Origin: Octopus vulgaris
Taxonomy: Eukaryota
Assembly (NCBI GenBank): GCA_951406725.2
Contig: OX597815.1
Coordinates: 114,328,001-114,392,000 of the forward strand
Direction: 5' to 3'
DNA length: 64,000 bases
Part shown: piece after piece, positions 63,647 through 64,000 of the stretch
Numbering within the stretch: the stretch's first letter is position 1
Layout: each line of letters begins with the position of its first letter
Program-made: the position numbers and the translations under genes
The notes under the pieces: generated by a model
What the model saw: the letters and a program-made list of their open reading frames with translations, nothing else
Told to the model about the DNA's origin: nothing
Database searches by the model: none

Positions 63647-63883
63647 GGAGGCGCAATGGCCCAGTGGTTAGGGCAGCGGACTCGCGGTCATAGGATCGCG
63701 GTTTCGATTCCCAGACCGGGCGTTGTGAGTGTTTATTGAGCGAAAACACCTAAAGCTCCACGAGGCTCCGGCAGGGGATGGTGGTGATCCCTGCTGTACT
63801 CTTTCACCACAACTTTCTCTCACTCTTACTTCCTGTTTCTTTTGTACCTGCATTTCAAAGGGCCGGCCTTGTCACTCTCTGTG
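63647..63883 (+). mobile_element. Young SINE family A with the start of tail X, 3'-truncated
   Basis: Near-identical to the reverse complement of 45860-46092; similarity stops at gtcactctctgtg. Confidence 0.93.
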
Positions 63884-64000
63884 ACAAGGTCCATAATATC
63901 AAGGTCCATAATAGGCCAAAACACGTAACTCCTCACTACTGATTCCATTCTTGAAATCCCTAGGTGTCCCATATGAAATTCACTTAATACATGTTTTTGT

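Noticed and set aside
63647-63720. tRNA-like sequence with good A and B boxes (also at 46020-46092, 52070-52139 and 52465-52535)
   Set aside because: These are SINE heads. They continue into SINE bodies, three have TSDs, and they lack a proper acceptor stem and terminator.

Overview
This is AT-rich, repeat-dominated eukaryotic DNA in which I could find no intact host gene, so it is probably intergenic or part of one large intron. The mix of tRNA-derived SINE families, dense (TA)n/(CA)n/(GA)n microsatellites, Penelope remnants, Helitrons and CR1-group LINEs looks like a coleoid cephalopod (Octopus-type) genome; that assignment is an inference. Retroelements include a young 5'-truncated CR1-group LINE with about 666 open codons (34795-36883, minus strand) inside a ~5 kb compound microsatellite, a decayed Tx1/L1-type element with only ORF1 visible (1178-2831), Penelope GIY-YIG and hammerhead-like remnants, and dozens of SINEs from at least four head families. 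DNA elements include three non-autonomous Helitrons, two decayed pogo-type transposases, and several MITEs (mariner, hAT, piggyBac-like, and 8-bp-TSD GG-terminal elements including a 629-bp foldback). The most interesting observations are: (1) a Helitron carrying a captured LINE ORF1 fragment homologous to the ORF1 element 10 kb away; (2) a fully palindromic Helitron 3' end present in flip and flop orientations; (3) SINE heads and tails combined in different pairings, with one tail matching the 3' end of the LINE in this window; (4) a GGATC-terminated foldback family with a telomere-like spacer and a 77-bp minimal member. Most long ORFs in the supplied track are microsatellite artefacts. All alignments were done by eye, so boundaries of decayed copies are approximate.
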